Source: an uncultured Verrucomicrobiae bacterium | GTDB lineage: Bacteria > Verrucomicrobiota > Verrucomicrobiia > Chthoniobacterales > JAFAMB01 | Reading direction: 5' to 3' | Length of the DNA: 64,000 nucleotides | Assembly (NCBI GenBank): GCA_963762565.1 | Contig: CAVXLD010000001.1 | Location: forward strand, 832,001-896,000 | Part shown: piece after piece, positions 48,069-58,143 of the stretch | How positions within the stretch are numbered: position 1 is the stretch's first letter | How the letters are laid out: the number at the start of each line of letters is the position of its first letter | The notes under the pieces: generated by a model | The model's database searches: none | Seen by the model: the letters and a program-made list of their open reading frames with translations, nothing else | Told to the model about the DNA's origin: nothing | Program-made: the position numbers and the translations under genes

Positions 48069-49010
48069 TTATCTTCGCTGCAGGAAGAGCTGGAACAGGT
48101 TCAAACTGAGGATTAAGGCAACAATCACGGTGGCGATAGCGGCGGCTTGTCCAAAATTCAAGATCGAAAAACCAACTTGATAGGCGTAGGTCGAAAGCAG
48201 ATGGCTCGTGTTGGCCGGCCCGCCGCCCGTCATGATCCAGACCAGATCAAACACCTTAACGGTGTAGATGGTGCCTAACATCAGTACCGCCACCGTCACC
48301 GGTTTCAAGATCGGCAAGGTAATGTGACCAACCCGGCGCCAGTAACTCGCCCCGTCAATACGAGCCGCTTCGTAGATCTCCAGCGGAACATTGCAGACGC
48401 CTGAGTACAGCAAGATAAAATTGAATGGGAACCCGATCCAAATGTTCGCCACGATGGTGGCAGCTAATGCGAACCCGGGTGACGCCAACCAGGCAACCGT
48501 TGGAAGTCCAAGTAAATGCGCGATTTGGTTAATCGGGCCAACCTCATTGAACAAACCCTTGAAAGTATTGGCCGCCGTTAGAACTGGTGCGATCCAAGGA
48601 ATCAGCAGCAACGCAACCAACACGTTCTTGAGCGGGAACCGATTCTGAAAAAACAGCGCAAGCAGGAAGCCGATCGTGAATTGAAAAAGAATGCTGCAAA
48701 AAGTGAAGATGACCGTGTTCTCAAGCGCCTGCCAAAAAGTGGAGCTGGTAAGAACCTGCTGGTAGTTGCTGAGGCCATTGAACGGCATATCGCCGCTCAC
48801 AAACGTTTCTACGGTGGCGTCACGAAAGCTGAGCGCCAAGCTGTACAAAACGGGATAAACGAGCAGCAAGAGACCAAATACGGCGATCGGCAGAATAAAA
48901 GTGTAGGAGGCCAGAGCGCGTCGCCAGGGAGCTCGGCGCCGCGGAACTATTCGAGCTTCGGTCCCGGGGACAACCGCCGTGCGCGCTTCAATGGCCTCCA
49001 ATTGTTTCAT
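48069..49010 (-). CDS. Sugar ABC transporter permease
   Basis: YEAARIDGA, FDLVWIMTGGGP. Confidence 0.93.
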   Translation of the reverse strand: MKQLEAIEARTAVVPGTEARIVPRRRAPWRRALASYTFILPIAVFGLLLLVYPVLYSLALSFRDATVETFVSGDMPFNGLSNYQQVLTSSTFWQALENTVIFTFCSILFQFTIGFLLALFFQNRFPLKNVLVALLLIPWIAPVLTAANTFKGLFNEVGPINQIAHLLGLPTVAWLASPGFALAATIVANIWIGFPFNFILLYSGVCNVPLEIYEAARIDGASYWRRVGHITLPILKPVTVAVLMLGTIYTVKVFDLVWIMTGGGPANTSHLLSTYAYQVGFSILNFGQAAAIATVIVALILSLNLFQLFLQRR

Positions 49011-49022
49011 AGATCCCTTTGC

Positions 49023-49847
49023 CTAGTGCAACGCGCCGCGGGTGAAACCAGCCACAATGAACCGACTGGCGGCTATCACAAAAAACGCTGCTGGAAGAGC
49101 CGTCAACAAACTGCCAGGCAACAGGAAACTCCAATCGATGCCATATACGCCGACAGCTTTGTACAACTCGAGGGTGAGCGGTTGTAACCCGGATTCGGTA
49201 ATCAGACTCAAAGCGAAAATCAGATCGCCCCACGGCATCAAGAAGCTAAAGATGGCGACCGTAATCATGCCGGTCATCGTAACCGGCATAACGATCGAGA
49301 AAAACGCGCGCCATTGTCCCGCCCCGTCGACCTGCGCCGCTTCAACCAACTGATAAGGAAACTCACGGAGATAAGCGCCCAGCATGATGAGCGCAAACGG
49401 GACCGTGAAAGTCATGTCCCCCAGAATCAGGCCCGGTAAGGTGTTGACCAGGTCCGTCCGGGAAAAGAGAACGAACAACGGGATAACAAAAACAATTGCC
49501 GGGAGCATTTGGCTCGTCAGCATGAAAGAGAGAATGGCGCCGCGGCCACGAACTTTTAGCCACACTATCGCGTAGGCAGCAGGGGCAGTGATGAGCAGCG
49601 TTAAAGCTGAGGTGCAAACGCTAACGATGGCGCTGGTAGCGAAGTGCGGCAAAAGCCTAACGACGGCGTTTGACCAATTCTGAAACATGAACTGGTGGGG
49701 CCAAATAGAGAAATGCGGGCTAAACAGCTCGCGTTGGGTCATGAAACTTCCCGATAGAACCCAGTAAAGCGGCGAAAGCAAGATCACCGTAATGACGACG
49801 CCCACGACGGTATATGACCAAGGTGACCTAAGTGCCGGGGGACGCAT
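49023..49847 (-). CDS. Sugar ABC transporter permease
   Basis: EAAQVDGA, SQMLP, multiple TM segments. Confidence 0.93.
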   Translation of the reverse strand: MRPPALRSPWSYTVVGVVITVILLSPLYWVLSGSFMTQRELFSPHFSIWPHQFMFQNWSNAVVRLLPHFATSAIVSVCTSALTLLITAPAAYAIVWLKVRGRGAILSFMLTSQMLPAIVFVIPLFVLFSRTDLVNTLPGLILGDMTFTVPFALIMLGAYLREFPYQLVEAAQVDGAGQWRAFFSIVMPVTMTGMITVAIFSFLMPWGDLIFALSLITESGLQPLTLELYKAVGVYGIDWSFLLPGSLLTALPAAFFVIAASRFIVAGFTRGALH

Positions 49848-49878
49848 CGTGTATATGTACGCCAGTAAAAACTGTAGT

Positions 49879-49919
49879 CACAACCTTATTAGAGCGTAGA
49901 AAAACCGGACAATTCCGAC
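49879..49919 (-). promoter_or_regulatory. Shared regulatory site upstream of the ABC operon
   Basis: 21/25 match to 44107-44131; TACAGT -10-like element just downstream on the minus strand. Confidence 0.65.
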
Positions 49920-49948
49920 TCGCTGTCGGCGTGTGGGCGAACAAACGT

Positions 49949-50240
49949 GGTGGGGCGAGGCTCCCGAATTACCTCAAACGTCCAAACAGAGAGGCACGTT
50001 TGCCTAAAGCGAGAATGTACTTCACCGACTGACGTGCCGAGCCGCTCCCAGCGTGAGCCACGGTCCCTGATCGTTGGAATATTTGAGAGCTCAGTTGAAA
50101 TCGTCGGGGGCGCTGCCGATGAGAGGGTAGCACGCCCTGGGACACGGCTCGGCACGCCAGTTGGCACAGCCCACCCTCGGTTTTAGCCAAATCGAAGTCT
50201 TCGTTTGAACTTTGGCGTGATTCGGGAGCCTCGCCCCACC
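49949..50240. mobile_element. REP-derived MITE-like element family B
   Basis: ggtggggcgaggctcccgaa / ttcgggagcctcgccccacc with inner gccgagccg / cggctcggc. Confidence 0.75.
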
Positions 50241-50246
50241 AACGCA

Positions 50247-50873
50247 TCACGCTCCCCAAATCCTCCTCAACGGACCATCCGCTCCATACACAGGGTCGTT
50301 ATCCGGGACCGGTAGAGCAGCGATGTTTCTGTCCGCTTGTGGCCGTTCTCCCGGTTTGCCGGTCAACAAATCCCAATGACGGCCGTCAGGGTAGGCGCCG
50401 ACCACGCCGAAGTCGTCGCTGGCGCCAAGATTCTTATGCCCAACGCCGGCCGGGATCACGATCACGTCCCCTGCTCGTACCTCAAAATCTTCCCCTTGCT
50501 CTCCACCAAGCCGAACCTTGGCTGAACCGGAGTACACACCTAATACTTCGTGGCTGGTGCTGTGATAATGATGAAACGGGTAAATACCGTTTCGCCAGGA
50601 GTTGGTCCAATTATTGGCCGCAAACAGTTGCACGACTCGCGTTGCCGGCTCGTTGTCGCCGGTCGGCAGAACTCCCTGGTACAAAAGCAGGTGGAGTCGA
50701 TTGTTCGGAATTACGCCATCGTCTTTAAAGAGCGCAGTCTCAGGTTGTTTCATCATGCTTCCCTGTGCCAAAGCTCGCCGAACCGTTTGCAATGATCCAA
50801 GAGCAAGCATAACGGCCATCTTGAATGATTTCGTCAAGAATTGCCGGCGATAGGTCCCACGTCGGTCTTCCAT
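50247..50873 (-). CDS. Cupin domain protein (YjlB-like) with possible Tat leader
   Basis: IPNN, W.NGIYPFHHYHSTSHEVL, GDVIVIPAGVGH, VVGAYP; N-terminal RRQFL. Confidence 0.85.
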   Translation of the reverse strand: MEDRRGTYRRQFLTKSFKMAVMLALGSLQTVRRALAQGSMMKQPETALFKDDGVIPNNRLHLLLYQGVLPTGDNEPATRVVQLFAANNWTNSWRNGIYPFHHYHSTSHEVLGVYSGSAKVRLGGEQGEDFEVRAGDVIVIPAGVGHKNLGASDDFGVVGAYPDGRHWDLLTGKPGERPQADRNIAALPVPDNDPVYGADGPLRRIWGA

Positions 50874-51114
50874 TCCAAACCAAGATAATGCGAACGGAAA
50901 TCTTGGCCAGCATTGGGTTATCCTACGAACCGGCGACGCGGGGGTACCCGAATGGGCGAGCGGGCGAAACGGCGAAGGGGCGACCTCACGGCTGAGCGCG
51001 TCTTTCACAACCCCCGGCTCGGCGGCTTTCAGGTGTTGCATCTCATTTGCCCATGAACCATCATTCCGCCCTGCGAGTCCCTTTAGGTTATCCGGGAGCC
51101 TCGCCCTACCGCAC

Positions 51115-51753
51115 ATGAGCTCAATCGAATTGTTGCTGGAAAACAATCGCACTTGGTCGCAGAGCATGACTTCAGATAAGCCCGATTACTTTCGTCGACT
51201 GGCAAAGCAGCAGTCCCCAAAATTCCTTTGGATCGGATGCGCTGACAGCAGAGTACCGGCAAACGAGGTCGTTGGTCTAATGCCCGGTGAATTGTTTGTC
51301 CATCGAAACGTAGCCAACTTGGTCTATGCGTCAGATCTAAACTGTCTTTCGGTCGTTCAATACGCGGTGGCAGTTCTTAAAGTAGAACATATCATCGTTT
51401 GCGGCCATTACGGTTGCGGCGGCGTCAAAGCAGCCATGTCCACCCAGCATCATGGTCTCATCGATAGTTGGCTCTCGAAGATTAAAGACTTATACGTCCG
51501 GAACCATAAGCATCTCGATTGTATCCCGGACCAGGAAGCCAGATCTGACCAGCTGTGCGAATTGAATGTGGTAGAACAAGTCGAAGCACTCAGCCGCACC
51601 GCGATTGTCCAAGATGCATGGTTCAGCGGACAAACCGTGGCCATCCATGGGTGGATCTACGGATTGAAGGATGGCCTGATCAAGGACCTCGGCGTCCGGA
51701 TCAATCACCTCGAACAAGTTCCAGAACCCTATCGATTCCAGCGAGACGGGTGA
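51115..51753 (+). CDS. can: Beta-class carbonic anhydrase
   Basis: WIGCADSRVP, FVHRNVAN, CGHYGCGG, LCELNV. Confidence 0.95.
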   Translation: MSSIELLLENNRTWSQSMTSDKPDYFRRLAKQQSPKFLWIGCADSRVPANEVVGLMPGELFVHRNVANLVYASDLNCLSVVQYAVAVLKVEHIIVCGHYGCGGVKAAMSTQHHGLIDSWLSKIKDLYVRNHKHLDCIPDQEARSDQLCELNVVEQVEALSRTAIVQDAWFSGQTVAIHGWIYGLKDGLIKDLGVRINHLEQVPEPYRFQRDG

Positions 51754-51805
51754 GCGCTCGCAATGTGGACGGCGAGCTGTTTATGTCGTGAGGGCAGGCG
51801 CGGCA

Positions 51806-51936
51806 GGCGATACGGCGAAAGGGCGAAAGGGCGCGCGAAGCGCTGAAAGTGCGAAAGAATCGAGCTCTACTGAACGCGCCGCCTACGTCCACTACCTACG
51901 CGCCCATTCGCCCATTCGCCGTTTCGCCCTCTCGCC
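51806..51936. repeat. Inverted 7/8-mer arrays (GGCGAAAG / TTCGCC)
   Basis: ggcgatacggcgaaagggcgaaagggcg ... cgcccattcgcccattcgccgtttcgccc. Confidence 0.7.
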
Positions 51937-51951
51937 GGTTCGCACACATCC

Positions 51952-52437
51952 CTAATCATTCCTTCCGCTTCTTCCCTTCCCCTTCGACGGGGTCGCTTTC
52001 TGTTTCGGGGTTGGCTTTGGGGGTGGAGGCGCTTTAACGATCGTGGCGCTCACGAGTTTTCCGGAGCTATCCACCACCGCGGTAAAATCGAATTCTCGAT
52101 CCGAATCTCCGAGATTAACTGCACCCGCGCAGACAATCTGCAGCTGAGCGTTAGAAAGCCATTTGGCGGATTTGTAAGTGGGCAGCGTTATTTTGCCCAA
52201 TTTTGACGCGGAAACACCGAAGGACTTAGCCAGGTAGGGTTTCAAAGCATCGATATCATCATAGAAAAGCCGGACCACTTTCACTCCGGTGCGTAATTGG
52301 AGAACATCACGCCGGCCGGATTTATCGATCATGAGAGAGTTAGAGTTATCCGGTGAAGGCACCTGCAATATTTCGACTGCGGGCGCCGGCGCCAAAAGGC
52401 AGACAAGCAAAAGGCTAATGAAACAACAGGCTTTCAT
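51952..52437 (-). CDS. Hypothetical secreted protein with Pro/Lys-rich tail
   Basis: Signal peptide; no recognised domain. Confidence 0.65.
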   Translation of the reverse strand: MKACCFISLLLVCLLAPAPAVEILQVPSPDNSNSLMIDKSGRRDVLQLRTGVKVVRLFYDDIDALKPYLAKSFGVSASKLGKITLPTYKSAKWLSNAQLQIVCAGAVNLGDSDREFDFTAVVDSSGKLVSATIVKAPPPPKPTPKQKATPSKGKGRSGRND

Positions 52438-52644
52438 AAAATGAGAGTGGACTGGGGATGCAATAGAGCATTTTGCCGAACCAGTAGCCGTCTGGAAATA
52501 TTAAATATCACCGTTGAGCGCTGCCTCGCTCACCACGGCCTCGCAAGCGAGGCAGCGCTCCACGGTTCCGACCTGGAAAACGGAAAGGGCGCACGAAACC
52601 GTGCGCCTTCCATCCTCAGTTCTAACGCCTGGCCTACTTTCCGT

Positions 52645-54306
52645 TCACCGGCCGTTTTCTCCTCCACGTTTCTTCAACGTACGCGGCGGCGTTGGGGAGC
52701 TTGAGGGCTTTAAAGGCGCCGGGCGATGACCCGTGTTGTTGTGCGTAGACTTATGGCCTTCGTTTTCCCCGCCCCCTCTGTGTGGATCGTAGACATGGGT
52801 CGTCTCCGTCGTCCCACTATGATGGCCCTCGTTGTGGCCTTCGCTACGATGGTGCGTAGGCGTAGGAGTAGGTTTGCTTCGATGGGCTATCTGGATTTGT
52901 GGAGGGGTCGGCGTCGGCTTTGGTGTCGGACTCGGCGTTGGCCGCGGAGTCGGGCTTGGCGTTGGCCGTGGGGTTGGTGTAGTCCGAGGCGTCGGGGTTG
53001 GTCGAGGAGTCGGAGTACTACCAGGACGTGGCGGCGTTGGCCAACGCGGAGTGGGTGTAGGATGTGGCCGTCTCGGAGGAGTTGGCCACGGATGGGGATG
53101 ATGATGCCACGGCGGCCGCCACAAATTAGGCGGACAGAACCAGCCCGCACCAACCCAAACTACCCCAGTAACATCACCTGAATCAAAGACCGGAGCATCG
53201 GGTCCGCCAGGAGGGTCTGCGGTTACTCCAACCGGAATCGCTAAAAAAGCGGCTATCCGTCCATCTAAGGTGGTGCCAAAACCGACAATCCAACCTTGAT
53301 TGTTAATACCATCCGCCACGTCCAACGCCGAAAACCCAGCTTTCCTCAGGTTGATTGCCGCCCGGGTCAGATCGAGCATGTTGCCATCGGTGTACACAAA
53401 GGCTCGCTTCTGATTCTCGCTATCGCTCTCACCCACAATCTGGCCGCTGTCGTTCAACGCTCGGGCATAACTGCATTTTTCAAATCCGTTCAGCGTGCCC
53501 AGATCCTGTATGGAATTACCCTTGAAGACAAAGGCATGCGTTGAACCGTTGCCGGTTTCGCTGTCACCAACAACTAAACCGTTCTGGTTAATCCCTAATG
53601 CTTCGCTCCCGGCGCCTCCCAACGTGCCGAGGTCGGTAAGATGACCGGAAACAAGTAGAAACGCATGCGTCGAACCGTCGTCTAAGTCGTATCGCCCTAC
53701 AATCTGTCCGCCGGCATTAATCCCGTACGCGGTCTTTAAGGTGTCGGAGTTCTTGGCCGAGATCCCCAAGTCTTGTACACTGTCACCGCTAAAAAGCGCG
53801 GGCCGATGACTATCGCCATCCCCCTGGCTATCTCCCACAATTTGGCCAGACGCATTGATCGCAAAGGCCTCACTATTACTTCCACCAGGGAGAGTGCCTA
53901 GCGACGTGATCCCTTGATTTTGCGTATACAAGAATGCCAGCACATTATTATTACCATCTGCGCTGTAACCGACTATCTGGTTAGCATTGTTAATTGCGGT
54001 CGCGGCAGTTGCTTGTCCGCCTAACGAACCAAGATCCTTTATCGTACCGTCAAAATAGCTATACAAAAACGCATTGGATTCATTGTTCTGATAGCAGAAT
54101 CCGACCACGTCGGCGTGATCATTCAATCCTAATGCCGTGCTGTTGCAGCTGTCCGGCGTGGGGATATGAATAATCTGGTATCGAGTTTGAGCCTGGGCAG
54201 CTCCCATCAATAAGCCGGCTAGAAGTAGTGAGCCCACACTCGCGGGCAGAAGCGTCAAAGCGCAAAGAACGGGGGTGATTATAGAAAAGAGAGGGCTCGT
54301 TCGCAT
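52645..54306 (-). CDS. Extracellular HAF-repeat (beta-propeller) protein with Pro/Thr-rich tail
   Basis: About seven repeats of DLGTL.G..S.A..IN..GQIVG......HAFL; (PT)n tail. Confidence 0.9.
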   Translation of the reverse strand: MRTSPLFSIITPVLCALTLLPASVGSLLLAGLLMGAAQAQTRYQIIHIPTPDSCNSTALGLNDHADVVGFCYQNNESNAFLYSYFDGTIKDLGSLGGQATAATAINNANQIVGYSADGNNNVLAFLYTQNQGITSLGTLPGGSNSEAFAINASGQIVGDSQGDGDSHRPALFSGDSVQDLGISAKNSDTLKTAYGINAGGQIVGRYDLDDGSTHAFLLVSGHLTDLGTLGGAGSEALGINQNGLVVGDSETGNGSTHAFVFKGNSIQDLGTLNGFEKCSYARALNDSGQIVGESDSENQKRAFVYTDGNMLDLTRAAINLRKAGFSALDVADGINNQGWIVGFGTTLDGRIAAFLAIPVGVTADPPGGPDAPVFDSGDVTGVVWVGAGWFCPPNLWRPPWHHHPHPWPTPPRRPHPTPTPRWPTPPRPGSTPTPRPTPTPRTTPTPRPTPSPTPRPTPSPTPKPTPTPPQIQIAHRSKPTPTPTHHRSEGHNEGHHSGTTETTHVYDPHRGGGENEGHKSTHNNTGHRPAPLKPSSSPTPPRTLKKRGGENGR

Positions 54307-54736
54307 CGTAATTACGTGCCTTAGAATGTCGGCCCAGGCGTCTTACGGGGCGGGAATGGTTGTGGATTGATGAACGGGTTTCCGCTGAAACGAACCGGCT
54401 TGTTCGGTACGCCCCGCGCATGGACCGGACCGGCGCCGGCAAACGGTGTTAAGCTTGCAAGCGGAACATCTGAAACTAGTGATCGACGATATAGTTTCAT
54501 GATTGGTTAGTTCTTTTTTCTGGTAATGCTCGGGATGCCTAGACATAGGATTTCACTGACTGCGATGGGTCATTTGCCTGTTAAGCAGGTGCAATGCCGC
54601 AGTGTTAGAGAGAAGGCGTTTCCCCTCGGCAGATAACATATTTCGGAAAGGAAGGCGCGGTTTCCGCCGTTCCGAAATTGGCACGGACGTCCCAGATCCA
54701 GGACTCAGAGGCGCTAACTCGCCGTAGGCTCGTCAG

Positions 54737-54849
54737 CAATAGCAAATAGCAAATAGCAAATAGCAGATAGCAAATAGCAAATGCTCGCAGAAACAGCATC
54801 CGGCCGTTCGCGCTTCAATCTGCTATTTGCTACTTTCTATTTACTATTC
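54737..54849. repeat. Inverted heptamer arrays (AATAGCA / TGCTATT)
   Basis: (aatagca)x6 ... tctgctatttgctactttctatttactatt; overlaps the EamA stop. Confidence 0.85.
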
Positions 54850-55850
54850 CGAACGAGCCCAAGGCGAGTTGGGCGCTTGCCAGGCGCATCGGTCACCACA
54901 GTTCTGTTGCGCCGATTCGCGAACACCACAATAATAACGACTGCCACTAAAATGACGGCAGCGCCCAAGACGGTGCGACTATCCAGGGTTTCACCGGCGA
55001 TCGCCCAACCGAGTAGAACGGCTACCGCCGGGTTCACGAACGCATAGGTCCCAACCAGAGCGGGTGAACAAACTCGAACCAGCCAGATATAAGCCGTAAA
55101 TGCGATGATCGCGCCAAACACCACTATATAGAGCCACGCAAGCGATGATTCAGCAGTGACGCGGCTCCAGTTGAACCGGGCGGCTTCACCGGTCGAAACA
55201 CTAACCAGGAGCAACAACGCGCCTCCACAAATCATTTGAATGCCGACGGCGACGATCGCGGATGAAGGGCGCGCAGCTTTTCTGGAATAAAGCGAACCGC
55301 CCGCCCAAACTGCAGCCGCCACGAGTAAAACGACAATTCCCGTGTACCAATTGAATCGGTCAGCCGGAGAAAGGTTCGCGTGGGTGCTGGGCCGAGATAA
55401 TATCGACACTCCCAGCAATCCCAACCCCAACCCTACACAAATCATCCCGCTCGGACGCGGACCGGCTTTAGTGACCCACGCAAAGACGGTGAGGAAAACC
55501 GGAACGGTAGCAACGAGCAGCGCCGCAGTTCCCGAGGGCACATATTGTTCCGCAAAAGTAACGCCGCCGTTGCCCACCAGCAGCAAGCAACCGCCCACGA
55601 TGACCGCTTCGCGCCATTCAACCAGCGAGGGCAATTTTGCGCCGCGTAAGAGCGCGAACAGAAACATCGCGCCTCCAGCCGCCAGATAACGAGTCCCGGC
55701 CATAAAAAAAGGAGGAATTGACGCAATCGCCAACCGGATCCCGAGATAGGTCGAACCCCAGATGACGTAGACCGTCAAGAGCGCGGTCAGTACCAGGACT
55801 GGATTCGGACTCGTTGTCTGTAAGGAAGAGGCTGACTTCGTGGTGCTCAT
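54837..55850 (-). CDS. EamA/DMT family transporter (YedA-like)
   Basis: VYVIWGSTYLGIR, PSGTAALLVATVP, YAFVNPAVAVLLG. Confidence 0.92.
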   Translation of the reverse strand: MSTTKSASSLQTTSPNPVLVLTALLTVYVIWGSTYLGIRLAIASIPPFFMAGTRYLAAGGAMFLFALLRGAKLPSLVEWREAVIVGGCLLLVGNGGVTFAEQYVPSGTAALLVATVPVFLTVFAWVTKAGPRPSGMICVGLGLGLLGVSILSRPSTHANLSPADRFNWYTGIVVLLVAAAVWAGGSLYSRKAARPSSAIVAVGIQMICGGALLLLVSVSTGEAARFNWSRVTAESSLAWLYIVVFGAIIAFTAYIWLVRVCSPALVGTYAFVNPAVAVLLGWAIAGETLDSRTVLGAAVILVAVVIIVVFANRRNRTVVTDAPGKRPTRLGLVRNSK

Positions 55851-56014
55851 GATTAGGAACGTCGTGTTCGCCGACCGGACCGGCTGTCCTCCGGCCAAAT
55901 TCGGACCGCTGAGTCTCAAAACTACATTCTGGCAATTGAATAGATAGCCGAATGCGATTAATGTCTACAGGCTTTATCAGAATATCATTAAGAACGAACT
56001 CGGTTCAATCACCC

Positions 56015-56473
56015 ATGCTGCAACGTATGCCACCCGATGACCTCAACCGAAAGCTATTAACGTTGCTTCGTGAAGATGCACGGACCAAATACGTCGAGCT
56101 GGGACGTACAGTTCACTTGTCGCCTCCGGCTGTCTTCGAACGAGTCAGGAAACTCGAAAAGTCGGGGACCATTCTTCGGTACACCGTCGACCTCGACCCG
56201 AAACTGCTTGAGTTGAGCATATGCGCGTTTGTCCAGATCCGGATCCTTGATGACGTCACCTCTGAAGAGGTGGCAGAGCGGCTAACCGCGTATCGTGAAG
56301 TCGAGGAATGCCATTCGATCGCGGGAGAAGATTGTTTATTGACCAAGGTCAGAACAACGGACACCGCCGCCCTGACCCGCCTTCTCGTCGAAATGAAAAA
56401 GATACCTGGCGTACAACGAACGCTGACCACGATTGTGCTATCGACTCATTTCGAGCGCGGGATACAGCCGTGA
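56015..56473 (+). CDS. Lrp/AsnC family regulator divergent from EamA
   Basis: LL.LLREDAR....LG..V.LS..AV.ERVRKLE..G.I; ECHSIAGED. Confidence 0.92.
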   Translation: MLQRMPPDDLNRKLLTLLREDARTKYVELGRTVHLSPPAVFERVRKLEKSGTILRYTVDLDPKLLELSICAFVQIRILDDVTSEEVAERLTAYREVEECHSIAGEDCLLTKVRTTDTAALTRLLVEMKKIPGVQRTLTTIVLSTHFERGIQP

Positions 56474-56480
56474 CCAACGA

Positions 56481-56716
56481 GGAGCTAGGAGCGTGCTGCC
56501 CGGAGCGATGGCAATCGTCGTCGTCCTCGTCCTCGAAAAGCGATTCTTTCCCACGGCGTGGCAAAACCTTGGAATCTCGGCCGCTGGGGAAAATTCACTC
56601 TAAGGACCGATGCAAATCAGCGAGCTAACACGCTACTTTCGAGGACGAGGACGAGAACGATTGCGATAGAGCCACGACGCAACGTCCTGGCTCCTAGATT
56701 CTAGCTCCCAGCTCCT
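56481..56716. repeat. Nested inverted short repeats (GGAGCTA outer; TCGTCC hexamer inner)
   Basis: ggagctaggagc; aatcgtcgtcgtcctcgtcctcgaaa ... tttcgaggacgaggacgagaacgatt; gctcctagattctagctcc. Confidence 0.75.
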
Positions 56717-56745
56717 ATGTTCTCATCAATCGCTTGTACGCACCC

Positions 56746-57381
56746 TCACCCCTCAACCCATTCTCCATCGCGACGGTTATATTCCTTCTCCAAAGGCTTC
56801 ACTTCTTTGATTGTCCGCTCCAGTTCTTCGGCGGCGTTCGCTTCCGGCATAGCATCGGTTACGAACCCGTCCTGATTAAAGAAAGCCTGTTCTTGTCGTT
56901 CGATGGCAGCCCTATCCCCTGGAGCCGCTTCATCAGCGATTCCAGTGTCCTGCGGCAACGCTTCTTCCGGGCGTACGTCTTTGATAGCACTGACCCGGTG
57001 TAGCGGAATAGAAACACCGTAATAAGCATTGATTGCCTGTTTTTCGACGTCGGACAGCTCGGCTTTCGGGTTATATCGAGGCGCCTGTTTTAAAAATTCG
57101 GCAGGAAATTCTACTCGAACAACCGCCTGACCTTGATCAACCTGGACATTGCGTGCCGGTATCAAATGGGTGCTACGAAAAAGCCAGCCGCTCCTCAGTC
57201 CCATGAATTCCACGCGACGTGTGCTCGGATCAACCCAGGTTCCGGCAATAGAACCGATTCTCTCTCCCTGCTCATCCACGACGTTTAGTCCGATCAAACC
57301 GCGCGCTTCGCGCTCAGCAAATGAGTCCAGACCTTTCATTTCAAGACTAGTTCGCATCTCGGCCTCGGCTGGGTTTTCCAA
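56746..57381 (-). CDS. PRC-barrel domain protein
   Basis: LIGLNVVDEQGERIGSI..WVD......EF...SGWLF; LKQAPRY; start uncertain (57381/57357). Confidence 0.8.
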   Translation of the reverse strand: MENPAEAEMRTSLEMKGLDSFAEREARGLIGLNVVDEQGERIGSIAGTWVDPSTRRVEFMGLRSGWLFRSTHLIPARNVQVDQGQAVVRVEFPAEFLKQAPRYNPKAELSDVEKQAINAYYGVSIPLHRVSAIKDVRPEEALPQDTGIADEAAPGDRAAIERQEQAFFNQDGFVTDAMPEANAAEELERTIKEVKPLEKEYNRRDGEWVEG

Positions 57382-57485
57382 CGAATTTCAGCACAGAGAC
57401 AAAGAGATCACGGAGAAGTCTAACAAAGATTTGATTTTGGGTTGCTCTCTATGTCCTTTGTGTCTCTGTGGTGAATTTAAGCCCC

Positions 57486-57887
57486 ATGAGCTTCTCCATC
57501 GACACCATCGACCATCTAGTTCTAAACGTTAAGGATGTTGAAGAGAGCGCCGCGTGGTACGTCCGCGCGCTTGGCATGCAACGTATCACCTTCGAATCGG
57601 GATCAGGCGTACGCGTAGCCCTGCAGTTCGGTAATCACAAAATCAATCTACGACCTGCTGACTTCGATACAGTCACGTGGTTCACCAGTGCGGCTCCAGC
57701 GACTGGAAGCGCCGACCTCTGCTTCGTGACCAAATCAGGCCCGGCGACAGTGAAGGCACACTGGATCGAACAAAGTATTGCGATAGAGGAAGGGCCAGTA
57801 AAACGCGCCGGCGCACGCGGCTCGATGACGTCAGTGTATTGCCGCGATCCCGACGGGAACCTAATCGAGGTGGCAAGTTACGGATGA
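57486..57887 (+). CDS. VOC (glyoxalase-like) family protein
   Basis: IDHLVLNVKD, FGNHKINL, GSADLCF, SVYCRDPDGNLIE. Confidence 0.92.
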   Translation: MSFSIDTIDHLVLNVKDVEESAAWYVRALGMQRITFESGSGVRVALQFGNHKINLRPADFDTVTWFTSAAPATGSADLCFVTKSGPATVKAHWIEQSIAIEEGPVKRAGARGSMTSVYCRDPDGNLIEVASYG

Positions 57888-57889
57888 TT

Positions 57890-58127
57890 GTAGGGCGAGG
57901 CTCCCTAACGACCGCACAATTTCGCAGCGCTCGTGTCGCATTCGTATCCGCGACGTTTTGGGCCGCCAAACCGCCGAGCCGCGGGTTGAGGTGTACCATC
58001 CAGGATCTCTCACGTTAGCAACACGCTGGTCCCGGCTCGGCGCGCGCAAAGGTATACAAAACCCAGTCGTGTTAGAGAGCGTAAATCCTCCGCGATAATC
58101 ATGGGATGTTCGGGAGCCTCGCCCTAC
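57890..58127. mobile_element. REP-derived MITE-like element family B
   Basis: gtagggcgaggctccc / gggagcctcgccctac. Confidence 0.7.
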
Positions 58128-58143
58128 CACTCCTGCCACCACT

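Noticed and set aside
52726..53181. Arg- and Gly/Val-rich ORFs on the plus strand
   Set aside because: Reverse-frame products of the Pro/Thr-rich tail of the HAF protein
54400..54480. GGCAAAC as part of a c-di-GMP-I riboswitch
   Set aside because: No GAAA tetraloop stem or GCAAAGC/receptor elements follow, and the strand is wrong for the adjacent gene
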